DNA from: a virus
Strand: one strand, 5' to 3'
DNA length: 64,000 nt
IMG/VR virus record: IMGVR_UViG_3300044731_001604
Span: 64,001-128,000 of that record
The position numbers were made by a program, and so were the translations under genes. The notes beneath the pieces were generated by a model that was not told where the DNA came from, made no database searches, and was given only the letters and a program-made list of their open reading frames with translations. Below, in pieces: positions 18,004 through 27,872 of this stretch. Positions within the stretch are counted from its first letter, which is position 1, and each line of letters begins with the position of its first letter.

Positions 18004-19734
18004 TTAGTCCTTTTTAAACTTTGGTTGCCAAGGTTTCTTAAGATCTTCCATAATTTCAGCTTTTGTCATTTTGTATGAACAAGATTCTTCGCTTTTTTCT
18101 TCTTTTTTCATCTCAGATTTAGGAAGATTCGGTTTAGGCATTGCTTTTTGTTCAGCAATTACTTTATGATGTTCCTCTTTTGCTTCATTGATGTGTTTAT
18201 TTCCTAATTTATTTGCCAATTCTCCAGTAACAAGACCACGAGGAGCTTCATTGTGATATACTTTAGTTTTATTATACGATGTTCCTAAAGTAGCTCTACT
18301 TCCAGCAGAGCTTCGGCCTTTATCAGTTGAATAATAGTATCCTTCTTTATCTACAGAAGGTTTATGAATACCTTTTTGGTGTTCAAGATTGCCAGAACTT
18401 TCTTTTAATCCAGCCTTTTCCATCTCTTCTTTTTCTTTTTCTTCATGCTCTTTAGATTCTTTAGCCTCATGTTCTTTAGACTCATCTTCTTCAGATTCAT
18501 CTTTTTCTTCTTTCATTACAGTAGGTGCAGGTTTTAATTGCATAGTAGCTGTAGGCTTAGGAATTTTAGGCTTTGGAATACTAGGAGCTGTAGGCTTAGG
18601 CATTCCCATTGGAATAGATGTTGCCTTCATCAATTCTTCAAATTGCTCTGGATTTTCTTGAGCAATTTTAAGTAATTCTTTAGCTAATTCCAATGCTGAT
18701 TTATCCGCTTTTTTCATTTCTTTCTCCATTGATTCTTCTGACTTAGGGAGGTTTGGCTTAGGCATAGCTTTTAATTCTTTGAGTTTAGAAACATGATGGC
18801 CTTTTGCCGCTTGAATATTTTTGCTTCTTACGGCAGATCCTGCATAAGATCTACCAGTGTGATCGAGTAGATGTTTTCCTGCTTTAGGGATTTCTTTAGT
18901 AGTGGCATCTGATACAGGTTTATGAACACCCTTCATATCAACATTTGGATGAGCTGCACCTTTTTCCATCTCTTCTTTTTTCATTTCAGATTTAGGAAGG
19001 TTTGGCTTAGGCATAGCTTTTAATTCTTTGAGTTTAGAAACATGGATTTCTTTTGCAACTTTTGGAGACCTTTCATACTCGTCAAAAGTAGACGGATCGT
19101 GAGCCTCTCTTGTTTTAATTCCTGCATAAGAAATTCCGTGTTGTGTTTTTCCATTTTTAATATATTGAGTGCTATAGCTTGGTTGATGTACGCCTTTTTC
19201 TTCTTTAGCCATTTCTGACTTAGGAAGGTTTGGCTTAGGCATTTGTTTTAAATCGTACATTACTTTTTTATGCGATTTAACAGACTGATCTTTTGGCAAA
19301 TCAGAATATGCACTTGGAGATCGGTGAATACCCTTATCTCTTTGTGGCCACATTTCTTCATTTCTTTTTTGGCGAGCAGAAACTTTTTGTTTTGAGGTCT
19401 TGCCTTCGTCAATGCGAGCTTTTTCCATTGCTTCTTCTTTGCCAGCTTCTTCATTTTCTGGAGAGCGCAATTCAGCTTCATCTTGCAATGTTCTTAAATG
19501 CTCAAACATTTTCTTTTGTTTTTCAGGAGTATCTAAGATAGACAAAGCGTGTTTAATACTTTCGTCTTCTTCTACAATATCATGAGCTTTATCTTCAGGA
19601 GAATTTGGAGAGTGAGGCATATCATCTTTAACCATTAGAGGTGCTGCAACATCTGAAGGAATGTTCTTTTTAGCTGTTTCTTTAACAGCTTTTAAAAGTT
19701 CTTTTGCTTTTTCTAATGCCGATTTTTCGCTCAT
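18004..19734 (-). CDS. Lys/Glu-rich repeat protein, putative internal head protein
   Basis: 4x MPKPNLPKSE modules, many MEKA/MEKG/MKKA motifs, late promoter motif 19769-19776. Confidence 0.7.
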   Translation of the reverse strand: MSEKSALEKAKELLKAVKETAKKNIPSDVAAPLMVKDDMPHSPNSPEDKAHDIVEEDESIKHALSILDTPEKQKKMFEHLRTLQDEAELRSPENEEAGKEEAMEKARIDEGKTSKQKVSARQKRNEEMWPQRDKGIHRSPSAYSDLPKDQSVKSHKKVMYDLKQMPKPNLPKSEMAKEEKGVHQPSYSTQYIKNGKTQHGISYAGIKTREAHDPSTFDEYERSPKVAKEIHVSKLKELKAMPKPNLPKSEMKKEEMEKGAAHPNVDMKGVHKPVSDATTKEIPKAGKHLLDHTGRSYAGSAVRSKNIQAAKGHHVSKLKELKAMPKPNLPKSEESMEKEMKKADKSALELAKELLKIAQENPEQFEELMKATSIPMGMPKPTAPSIPKPKIPKPTATMQLKPAPTVMKEEKDESEEDESKEHEAKESKEHEEKEKEEMEKAGLKESSGNLEHQKGIHKPSVDKEGYYYSTDKGRSSAGSRATLGTSYNKTKVYHNEAPRGLVTGELANKLGNKHINEAKEEHHKVIAEQKAMPKPNLPKSEMKKEEKSEESCSYKMTKAEIMEDLKKPWQPKFKKD

Positions 19735-19785
19735 ACAATCCTCTAAGTAATTAAAATACCCAACCTTTAGATTAGGTTAGATATT

Positions 19786-22700
19786 TTAATCCTTCTTCTT
19801 AACCGAAAGCTTCTTAATATCATTAAAGCTTAATTTGTTAGTTTTAGGAGCAAAAATGGCATCTAGTCTAGCCTTTTGCTCTTTTATGTCTGCAGCCTTA
19901 AACCGACCTTTATTTCTTCTGTGTTCTGCCTTAATGTCTTGGTAGTTTAAAGCGCTTGGAGCTTGCGGAGTTTTAAGATGTTCTGGTACCTCTTGTCCCT
20001 TAGCGTCATAAAAAGCCTTTAGATCAGCTTGGCGCTGAGTTTCTTTGGCTTGTTTTCTTTTATTCATCATATCTCTAAATGCAGAATTTGGCTTAAGAAT
20101 TTCGTTTTTCATAACATTTTCTCCTAAATTGGTCTTGGTTGACCAGGAAGTTGTGTTAGAATCTCGCCCGTCGGCATTATATATTCCGTTAGAATCCAAT
20201 TCGATCCCCGAAACTTTACTATCTTCTGCAGAGGTATCTTGTTTTTCAGCCTCTTTTTTAGATAAGCTCTCTCCTGCTTGGAGAATGTGCTTGTATAATC
20301 GTCTAAATACATTAGTACTAGTTCCAAAAGCTGTTCTTCGTTCATTCTTTTCAACATTTCCACTTGAAACTCCCTTAAACGATATTTTTATCGGTGGCAG
20401 TCCTTGGTTTTTACCTTGGCTATGAGAATGTCTTGTAATGGTTAAAACGTCTGGATTACTAGAATCTAGTGTAACACCGTCTTGACCAGAAAGCAAGGAT
20501 TTTATGTGTCTCGCACGAAGTTTTTGTACACCATTTTCTTCAGTTGGAATAAAGTGTCTATTTGGATCTTTTTTAATTGAATTTATAATACCTCTAAAAA
20601 GGGCTTGGTGGCGCTTAGGTAGGGTATTTGCAAAATGATCTATCCTATTAGTATTATTTAGGATTTCATCGTCTTTATCTGCTTTTTGTTTATCAGAATG
20701 CCACATTGTTACACCATTTGGATGTTTTGCAGCAATCCAAGGTTGTTCGGGGTGTTTTTCCCCTATAGCTCTAGGTATGGCTTTTTCTAAAGTGTACGAC
20801 TCTGGGTCATTGATAATGAAAATTATTTCAGATTTATTTATAAGTTTTTTGAAATATTTATTAGCAGCTCTTGCCCTTGCATTAATTTTAGAATCAATTG
20901 ACGTGCCTTTAACCCACGTATTTTTATTTGGGTCAAATGCAAGTTCTCCAGAATCAATCATGTCAGTTCTTTCTTTCATCTCTGGAGAAAGTAATTTTCC
21001 TGATTTAAGCTGATCTACCAACTGACCTTTTTTGTCTTCATATCTTACTGCAGCCGGCTGATCTTCTGTTCCTATGACTATTCTTTTAGGTTCATTTTCT
21101 TTAACTTTTACATTGGTTGTAAGTGGTGGCAATCCCATTCTTCTTCTTAATGGATTTTCTACTGCACGTGCTTGAACTTCACTTGGGTGTTTAAAAGACG
21201 CCGTTGGTCCTCCACCCATTTTAACAGATTCTCCAACTTCTTTATCCATCACAGTTTGATGTTGATGAGGAGTTCTTCCTTCTGGCATCTGTTCTAAGTG
21301 ACCAAACTCATGGGTAATTGCGCCAGGATTCCATTGAGATTCTAAATTTCCGCCTCTCCAATCTGGCTTGTCTGTACCCTCAATAGAGCCAACTTTTCTT
21401 TCACCTGTTTTTTGATTTATTTTACCTTTTGACGGAACAATATCTTTTTTATATCTTAGTTGCGAAAATTTCTTTTGTTGTTCGATTTGTTTTTGGCCAA
21501 ATTTAGATTTAGGATTTGGATTCCCTTGAGTGCCAAAAAGTTTCTTTCTTTGTGCTTTAATATTTTTAGAAGTTTTCTCTAAATCCTCTGATTTATTTAA
21601 AAGATCTTTGAAGTATGATTCTGATTTGCCAAATTTATCAGCAGCCACTTTGAGATTTTCAGAATTAGGTATCCAATTGCCGAAAGCCTCTGGGGTCAGA
21701 TTTTGCGCATATTCGTAAGATTTTTGATGACCTTGTTTTAAGTTTTTAATGTGCTTATCATAGTGATCATTTGGATTATCTCTAATTGTTCTGGTAAGAT
21801 AATTTTTAAAGCTTTTTCTTTTTTCAGCATTTACTAGCAAGTCTCTTGCGTGTGTAAGTAGCTCCTGGTTAAAAGATCCTCTATTTCTTTTATACCCTCT
21901 GTTTTCAACCCAGTCAGATAAAGTTTTAAGGGTGTCTGGGCTATACTGATTCAATAAATCTTTTACGACTTTTCCGTAAACATGAGAACCGTATTTTCTT
22001 TCAACTTGTCCTAATAAACCATGTAAGGCTTCGTGCTCTATTGTAGAGTCTACGGCTTGACCTCTAGCCTTAATTTGTTCTGGGGACAAATCTTTTGTCT
22101 CAACCTTCTTTTTTGATGGTTTTCTAGGTGCTGTTGGCATCTTTGGTCGTTTAGCAATGTGGTTATAGTACTCAGTAGAGCCAGGCGCGTAGTTACTTAC
22201 TTCTTTACGCCATTTATCGTAATCATCAAAAGATTTTGTTTTAGCTTCTTGGTATTTATCCGCGTTGTCTTTTATTTTTTGAGAGTACTCTTCGTCTGGA
22301 GCTTCGTATTTACTTCTAGCTTTTCCTGCAAGTGCGCCAGAGATATCGCGAGTATCTAAGGAATAATTTAATCCTAAAGTATCTCTACCAAGCCGTCTTG
22401 CTGGTGCGCCAGAAAGTCTTTTCATTTCTTTTGTTCTATTTTCTGGCTTTAGCTTTATACCTTTTTTATTTTCAAAATCTTTAATCTGTTGATCTGCTAT
22501 TTTTCTTCCAAACAATTTAACTTGTTGGGGTTCTTCTAAAAGTTGCACATTTTGATCTGGTCTTGTGTCTAATCCCATTTTAGGAAAGGTAATCCTTGGT
22601 CTAGACATTTTTTCTAGGTTATTAGACTTATTTAAAATAGCTTTTTCTAATTTCTTTTTGAAATATTTTTTAGATTCGATAGCTTTTAACTTCTTGTAAT

Positions 22701-22863
22701 AATTAGGATCTTCTAAGAGATGATCTCTAGCTATTTCTGAGGCAACTTGTTTGTTTTCGGTATGCTCTTTTTCATGGGTAGCTCCTTCGTCCAATTTCTC
22801 TTGGTCAAAGTCTTTTTTAGGAATATTGTCTGCTGCCCCACCGGGAAGTATGTCTTTAGTCAT
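19786..22863 (-). CDS. multi-domain cargo polyprotein: DUF5661-like + two HExxH zincin-like domains
   Basis: GGAAD...G..HE.EH...IARDHL.EDP.YY; HEALH (22021-22035); HEFGH (21298-21312); 3 YFK linkers. Confidence 0.7.
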   Translation of the reverse strand: MTKDILPGGAADNIPKKDFDQEKLDEGATHEKEHTENKQVASEIARDHLLEDPNYYKKLKAIESKKYFKKKLEKAILNKSNNLEKMSRPRITFPKMGLDTRPDQNVQLLEEPQQVKLFGRKIADQQIKDFENKKGIKLKPENRTKEMKRLSGAPARRLGRDTLGLNYSLDTRDISGALAGKARSKYEAPDEEYSQKIKDNADKYQEAKTKSFDDYDKWRKEVSNYAPGSTEYYNHIAKRPKMPTAPRKPSKKKVETKDLSPEQIKARGQAVDSTIEHEALHGLLGQVERKYGSHVYGKVVKDLLNQYSPDTLKTLSDWVENRGYKRNRGSFNQELLTHARDLLVNAEKRKSFKNYLTRTIRDNPNDHYDKHIKNLKQGHQKSYEYAQNLTPEAFGNWIPNSENLKVAADKFGKSESYFKDLLNKSEDLEKTSKNIKAQRKKLFGTQGNPNPKSKFGQKQIEQQKKFSQLRYKKDIVPSKGKINQKTGERKVGSIEGTDKPDWRGGNLESQWNPGAITHEFGHLEQMPEGRTPHQHQTVMDKEVGESVKMGGGPTASFKHPSEVQARAVENPLRRRMGLPPLTTNVKVKENEPKRIVIGTEDQPAAVRYEDKKGQLVDQLKSGKLLSPEMKERTDMIDSGELAFDPNKNTWVKGTSIDSKINARARAANKYFKKLINKSEIIFIINDPESYTLEKAIPRAIGEKHPEQPWIAAKHPNGVTMWHSDKQKADKDDEILNNTNRIDHFANTLPKRHQALFRGIINSIKKDPNRHFIPTEENGVQKLRARHIKSLLSGQDGVTLDSSNPDVLTITRHSHSQGKNQGLPPIKISFKGVSSGNVEKNERRTAFGTSTNVFRRLYKHILQAGESLSKKEAEKQDTSAEDSKVSGIELDSNGIYNADGRDSNTTSWSTKTNLGENVMKNEILKPNSAFRDMMNKRKQAKETQRQADLKAFYDAKGQEVPEHLKTPQAPSALNYQDIKAEHRRNKGRFKAADIKEQKARLDAIFAPKTNKLSFNDIKKLSVKKKD
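20124..20363 (-). CDS. nested out-of-frame gene (79 aa)
   Basis: GTG start with AAGGGAG RBS (20370-20376); its stop overlaps AGGAG RBS of ATG 20112. Confidence 0.55.
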   Translation of the reverse strand: MEMLKRMNEEQLLELVLMYLDDYTSTFSKQERAYLKKRLKNKIPLQKIVKFRGSNWILTEYIMPTGEILTQLPGQPRPI

Positions 22864-22922
22864 ATTAATTAGATTAGGTAGTTGTAATGTTTATAGTTTC
22901 TTTATATTCTATACCATAAAAA

Positions 22923-23858
22923 TTAATACGTTTTAATAACTTTATGGCCATTTTTAAGTTCAGCCGGATGAAATTTTAAATTAACATCTTTTGCTGAAAA
23001 AGAAGGTCCTAATTTAGAGAATTGGTCCCACATTTCTTTATCAACAGAGATGTGCGGCAGGAAGTGTGAGAACTTAGGTCCCATATCTTTTGCGTGTTCT
23101 CTAATTTGGTGAATTCTATTTGGTAATCCATAAACCAATAGTACATGGTGTGTTGCGCCATCTAATCCTTGTAACTTGTGTGGCATTAAGGTTATTTTGC
23201 TTGTGTCTATTGGCTTATGCAAATTATGATCATTTAAAATATTGTGAACTTGGTTTATATCGGCATTATTTCCAAATGCTTTAACTGTCATGTGAATTGG
23301 ATAGTTATTTTCTTGCCTAACAGATTTATTACCAAATGACACCGGATGGAAGAGAATGGTTGAATTGCTTATATCGGCAGGTTTAACGCTTTTTAATAGT
23401 AATTCATTGAATTCTGGATGTTCATGCAATTGTTTTGCTTTTTTTTCAAATTCTGCTTTTTTTATTTTAGCCATTCGACCTTCATTAAAGGCTTTTGCAT
23501 CAGGAGTTTGGTCGGGCGACGGTATGTAATCCTTGCCAGACAATTTCATTGCTGCGTTTACTAAAGAGGTTCCATGACCCTGCCTTCTGTGGTCTTCATG
23601 AACTTCTATGTTAATTGGCATAATTCCTGCTTTTTTATGAGTCACAGCAAGGAAGCCAATTTTGTTATTATTTTTATGAATTTTAACAATAAAATCATTT
23701 TGTTTTGGATCAAACTTTTTTGCTCCAAGCATAAACGGTTCTACAGTTATTTTTGTTTTTGATTTTTCAGATTTAGCGATTTCTTCGTTTATTTTTAAAT
23801 CTTTTAATTCGTTAATGTATTCTTGGGTATGTCTTTTAAAATTTCTCATTGGTGCCAC
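22923..23858 (-). CDS. GNAT acetyltransferase + 2H phosphoesterase fusion
   Basis: V.EDHRRQGHGTSL GNAT motif A; HMT and HIS 2H motifs 80 aa apart. Confidence 0.7.
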   Translation of the reverse strand: MAPMRNFKRHTQEYINELKDLKINEEIAKSEKSKTKITVEPFMLGAKKFDPKQNDFIVKIHKNNNKIGFLAVTHKKAGIMPINIEVHEDHRRQGHGTSLVNAAMKLSGKDYIPSPDQTPDAKAFNEGRMAKIKKAEFEKKAKQLHEHPEFNELLLKSVKPADISNSTILFHPVSFGNKSVRQENNYPIHMTVKAFGNNADINQVHNILNDHNLHKPIDTSKITLMPHKLQGLDGATHHVLLVYGLPNRIHQIREHAKDMGPKFSHFLPHISVDKEMWDQFSKLGPSFSAKDVNLKFHPAELKNGHKVIKTY

Positions 23859-26305
23859 TTTCCGTTGATAATTTCATTTGGCATAAGCCCAGCTTTTTGT
23901 TCTGCGTAAATTGTATTTGCTGGATTTGCTTTGTTATGTGCAGCATTTTTACCATAATTTACAACACTGTTTTGGCCCATTGTTTCTGAAGCCAAAGCTT
24001 TTTGAGCCAATGGAGAAAACATTTCTTTATGTGCCAAGTAGCTCGTGTGTTCACCCTTTGGACCAAACGTGCTATTAGTTAACCCATGGCCAAAAGCATC
24101 GTGGACAATTCTAAAGACATCGTTAGCTAGCATTGGCCTATTTTCGTGCATAAATTGAGTTTGCTGTAACAATGGGTGGTTTTTGCTTTGCTCATTAGAT
24201 CCATATCCTTGTTCTGTAGGATAATACCATAGATGATTGTTGACATGCAGATCATGTAGCATGTCCTTTGAGGTTTTGTATGGATTTTCTTGATTGGGTT
24301 GCATTTTAGAAATTTTAAGCCCATTATTAATTAAATGATTAAACTGCTTTCCAGTCTCATTAATTAGAGCGCCGTACGCTGCTTTAACGTCTGGATGTTC
24401 TGGATTATGTGGCATTGCTTCGTACGCCGCAGCTATTTTAGATCCATGTTCTGGATTTAAACTTACATTATAATTATGGCTTAATTTCATTCCGTTTAAG
24501 TTGGCATAATCTTCTGCCACATTTTTAATATGACTACTTGTTTTAATCAAATTAGATTTAATTAATTTTTTGAAATAACTTTTAACTTTCTTTTCCATTG
24601 GATAACCAACATCTAAAGAAAACCTTACCATTTTCCCATTTGGAAGTTTTATTTCTGAATAGTTATCATTTAGGTGAGACCCTATGACATGGCCAGACCC
24701 ACCTTCTGGTGGATTATAATCAGCATGCTTAGTAGTATGTTCTTTGTGGCTTCCAGACGTAGATTGTATATGAGCTTTTTGTTTATATTTATCTGCCAAT
24801 TCAGACGCATCTTTTGTTGATAAGTTGTGTACCATTACACTTGGCTCGGCATCTGTTCCAAACCATTTTCCACCGACTGGCGTATAACTATAACCCTTTT
24901 GATTTAGTTCATTTAAAAGATTGTTATGGTTTTGTTGCGACTGCTCAGGAGTCATTGTATTTGTATGGCCAGTTAATAAAGAGAAATTGCCATTTTTAAG
25001 ATATTTATCTACATCTTGTTCGTTTTGAAATGGACTAATTTCGGTTTTTTTTAATTCAGATTTTAAAACTTGCTCTTCATGTACTGGATGTGTATGATAT
25101 AATTGTACCACTTGCGTTTCTGGTCTCATCGACCATTTTACGCCATTATATCCATTCTGCTTTAAAAGTCCATGAAATAAATCCTCGTTCCATGCACCTT
25201 GATTGCTTTGTAAAACTTGTTGAGCGTAATTATTTGGATCTTTGTCATAATCATATACGTTTTCTGGCATCTTAACAGTATATTTAGATTTAGCATTTTG
25301 TGTGACTAAATCCTCTGGTTTTGAATCTTGGGTATAAAAAAATGATGATTTATTCTCTGGAACGCCTCTTTTGTATTGAGCGCCCTTGACACCAGATCCC
25401 ATTTTAAGTGGGTCTATTTGTTTTAGACCACTCTGTGAGCTATAATGAATTAAATTCGGATTATTCTGATTATGAGACGAGTCCTTAGCTAATGATTTTA
25501 AGGATTTGTATCCTTTTTCTGAAGCTGCTAATTTTTCTGTCTTATTGGTGGTTTTAAGGCCCTGACTTGCAGCCTTTTTAATATCGCTATCAGAATGTTT
25601 TTCCCAATAGCTGGCGTGTTGCCAAAGGTCCCATTTACCGCCATGGCCAACTTTATTAAATTCTTTTTCTCCAACATCATCATGTTTAACTTTGATTTTG
25701 TGCTTTGTCTTATCTTCAGTTTTTGTCGCCGTTACAACCCCAGTCTTTGGAATACTTCCAGGTAGTGCGGATTTCTCTTTTACTTTATCGCCTGCTTTAA
25801 ATGGATGAGGAGTTTTTACTTTTTTTTCTTCTGATTTAGTAATTGTAGGAGGCAGAGAATGCTCTTCTTCTTTTGGACCTTCTACAGAACCATCTGGGTC
25901 TGGTGGTCTAGAGCCACTTTTTTGCCAATCAATAAGTATATTATTGGTAGGAAACTTCATTGAATCGTGGTTATTTGGGTCTAGAAATTTATGCGACACA
26001 AATTCTTGATCTGGATCTTTTGATGCGTCAAACTTATAATCTTTTGGGCAAATTCCGTGAAAAAGAGTTACGTAAGAGTCGCCGTATTCGCCCTCATGAA
26101 CCTTATCAAGTTTAATGCCAGACAGTCCTGCCTCTTCTTCAAGTTCTCTATGTGCCGCTTCTAGTGGAGTCTCTCCGTCATTAGAATGGCCACCTGGCAA
26201 AGTCCAAGTAGATTCTTTTCTATCTAGACCGTGCATATAAAGATTTGGAGCATCTGGGTGCTGTAAAGCTATAACTGAGACTTTTTTATGATATTGATCA
26301 CTCAT
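23846..26305 (-). CDS. polyvalent cargo protein: Nudix + SH3-like + ART-like + DUF3293-like + HDxxGH domain
   Basis: Nudix box GGHSNDGETPLEAAHRELEEEAG; other domains by motif; K|S linkers between domains. Confidence 0.7.
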   Translation of the reverse strand: MSDQYHKKVSVIALQHPDAPNLYMHGLDRKESTWTLPGGHSNDGETPLEAAHRELEEEAGLSGIKLDKVHEGEYGDSYVTLFHGICPKDYKFDASKDPDQEFVSHKFLDPNNHDSMKFPTNNILIDWQKSGSRPPDPDGSVEGPKEEEHSLPPTITKSEEKKVKTPHPFKAGDKVKEKSALPGSIPKTGVVTATKTEDKTKHKIKVKHDDVGEKEFNKVGHGGKWDLWQHASYWEKHSDSDIKKAASQGLKTTNKTEKLAASEKGYKSLKSLAKDSSHNQNNPNLIHYSSQSGLKQIDPLKMGSGVKGAQYKRGVPENKSSFFYTQDSKPEDLVTQNAKSKYTVKMPENVYDYDKDPNNYAQQVLQSNQGAWNEDLFHGLLKQNGYNGVKWSMRPETQVVQLYHTHPVHEEQVLKSELKKTEISPFQNEQDVDKYLKNGNFSLLTGHTNTMTPEQSQQNHNNLLNELNQKGYSYTPVGGKWFGTDAEPSVMVHNLSTKDASELADKYKQKAHIQSTSGSHKEHTTKHADYNPPEGGSGHVIGSHLNDNYSEIKLPNGKMVRFSLDVGYPMEKKVKSYFKKLIKSNLIKTSSHIKNVAEDYANLNGMKLSHNYNVSLNPEHGSKIAAAYEAMPHNPEHPDVKAAYGALINETGKQFNHLINNGLKISKMQPNQENPYKTSKDMLHDLHVNNHLWYYPTEQGYGSNEQSKNHPLLQQTQFMHENRPMLANDVFRIVHDAFGHGLTNSTFGPKGEHTSYLAHKEMFSPLAQKALASETMGQNSVVNYGKNAAHNKANPANTIYAEQKAGLMPNEIINGKWHQ

Positions 26306-26847
26306 ATCTTGCTACCCTTTGATAAATTATCCTTAGAAGATAGAATTTGTAAATTCCACGGAACGTGTAATCCACATCCTATATGATCACCATTTTCGTT
26401 TTTAAGAGTGAGTGGATATATATGGTCAACATGAAAAACAGTATCAGATTTACTTAATTCATTGGCAGTTTTATAATACCCTTTAATATGTTTTTTTTGA
26501 ACTTTATTTAGCCATATAGGGGTGGCTATTTTAAATCTTTTCTTTCTTATTCTAACATCTACTCGGAACTGTCCTCTTCTTGAGGCGTTTGCCTTTTCTC
26601 TTTGTTTCTTAGCCCACTCTGGATTTTTTTCTTTATACAGCCTATTGTTTTTTAAAATACTATTATAATTTTTTTCTCTGTATAATTTAGAAAAAGCTTT
26701 TCTTATTTCTATAGATTTCTCTCTATTCTTAATAACCCATTTTAGTCTAGAAATATTTCTATTTTCTGCAAAGCATGCGTCACAGAACATTTTGTGTGTT
26801 CCTTTAGACTTTGAAAATTTAAAACATTTATTACACAGTATAGTCAT
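26302..26847 (-). CDS. HNH homing endonuclease
   Basis: HVDHIYPL...GLHVPWNLQIL...DN..KG. Confidence 0.85.
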   Translation of the reverse strand: MTILCNKCFKFSKSKGTHKMFCDACFAENRNISRLKWVIKNREKSIEIRKAFSKLYREKNYNSILKNNRLYKEKNPEWAKKQREKANASRRGQFRVDVRIRKKRFKIATPIWLNKVQKKHIKGYYKTANELSKSDTVFHVDHIYPLTLKNENGDHIGCGLHVPWNLQILSSKDNLSKGSKI

Positions 26848-26849
26848 AT

Positions 26850-27809
26850 CTAATCTTTTTCTGTTTTCCAGCCTTGTTTTTGAGCAAGGCTTTGGTATGC
26901 TTCTGGTGTTCTAGGTCCATCAATTATTTTTACGCCGCCAGTAACTTTTCCTAGTTTAGGAGCAGCATATCTAATAAATGTGGCTTCAACTACACATTCA
27001 AGTTGGGCCATACAAGTAAAAATTAATTCAATACCATCAAATGACGGATTAACATCAACCGAACCTACAGAAAAAGTACTAAGCTCTAATCCGCGTCTCT
27101 CTAAGTATGCTTCTTTGTATCTTAAAAATATATATTGTATTATTTGTCTAAGCCATAAAACTTGTTGAGTGTCACTTTGTGCGTGAAGTCCTATAGAAAA
27201 AGTTTCATGAAGGTAAGTTACCCCTTGCTCTAAATTCCACAAAGATAATGCAGGTACGATATAGCAATTAGTGAAATCGTCATTTGTATTATCTGCTATT
27301 TTAAAAGTTGTATCGTCTATAACTTTTTCTATTACATATGCTTTTGATGATTTTTTAGAAACCAAGAATTGGCCTGGAGAAACAGCAAACGTAGTTAATC
27401 CAGTTGGCAATGAAACTTCGCCAATTGATTTGTTATATGCTTTAGGAGTGAATTGATCAATTACATTAACAATTTGTCTATTAATTGACTGTGGCTCAAT
27501 CTCTTCAGTATAAATTTGATCATCTGCCAATGAGGTTCTATCTAATGCTTCTCTAGATGATGTTCTAACTACTGTGATACATGGCATTTTAGGGGTGTCG
27601 ACTCTATTATTGAAATAGACTGGAATTGATGTTTCCATAAACCAAGATTTAGCAGCATATACTTCAGCATAGCCAGAATCTTTTGATGTTAGCGGATCGT
27701 TTGCAAGACCTGCAAAAATATCCTCTAATATCCAGCTGTTAGACCTTAAATCGGCTAATGCTGCCTCTATTGCTGATTTTACTGCTAGATCTGAAGCTAA
27801 AATGCCCAT
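26850..27809 (-). CDS. putative tail terminator/completion protein
   Basis: position in neck cluster, PCITV motif; late promoter motif 27833-27840. Confidence 0.5.
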   Translation of the reverse strand: MGILASDLAVKSAIEAALADLRSNSWILEDIFAGLANDPLTSKDSGYAEVYAAKSWFMETSIPVYFNNRVDTPKMPCITVVRTSSREALDRTSLADDQIYTEEIEPQSINRQIVNVIDQFTPKAYNKSIGEVSLPTGLTTFAVSPGQFLVSKKSSKAYVIEKVIDDTTFKIADNTNDDFTNCYIVPALSLWNLEQGVTYLHETFSIGLHAQSDTQQVLWLRQIIQYIFLRYKEAYLERRGLELSTFSVGSVDVNPSFDGIELIFTCMAQLECVVEATFIRYAAPKLGKVTGGVKIIDGPRTPEAYQSLAQKQGWKTEKD

Positions 27810-27872
27810 TGTTTACGTCTCCACCTAAACTAAGATTAAGATTTTATATAACACTTATATTATAGCAGGTTT

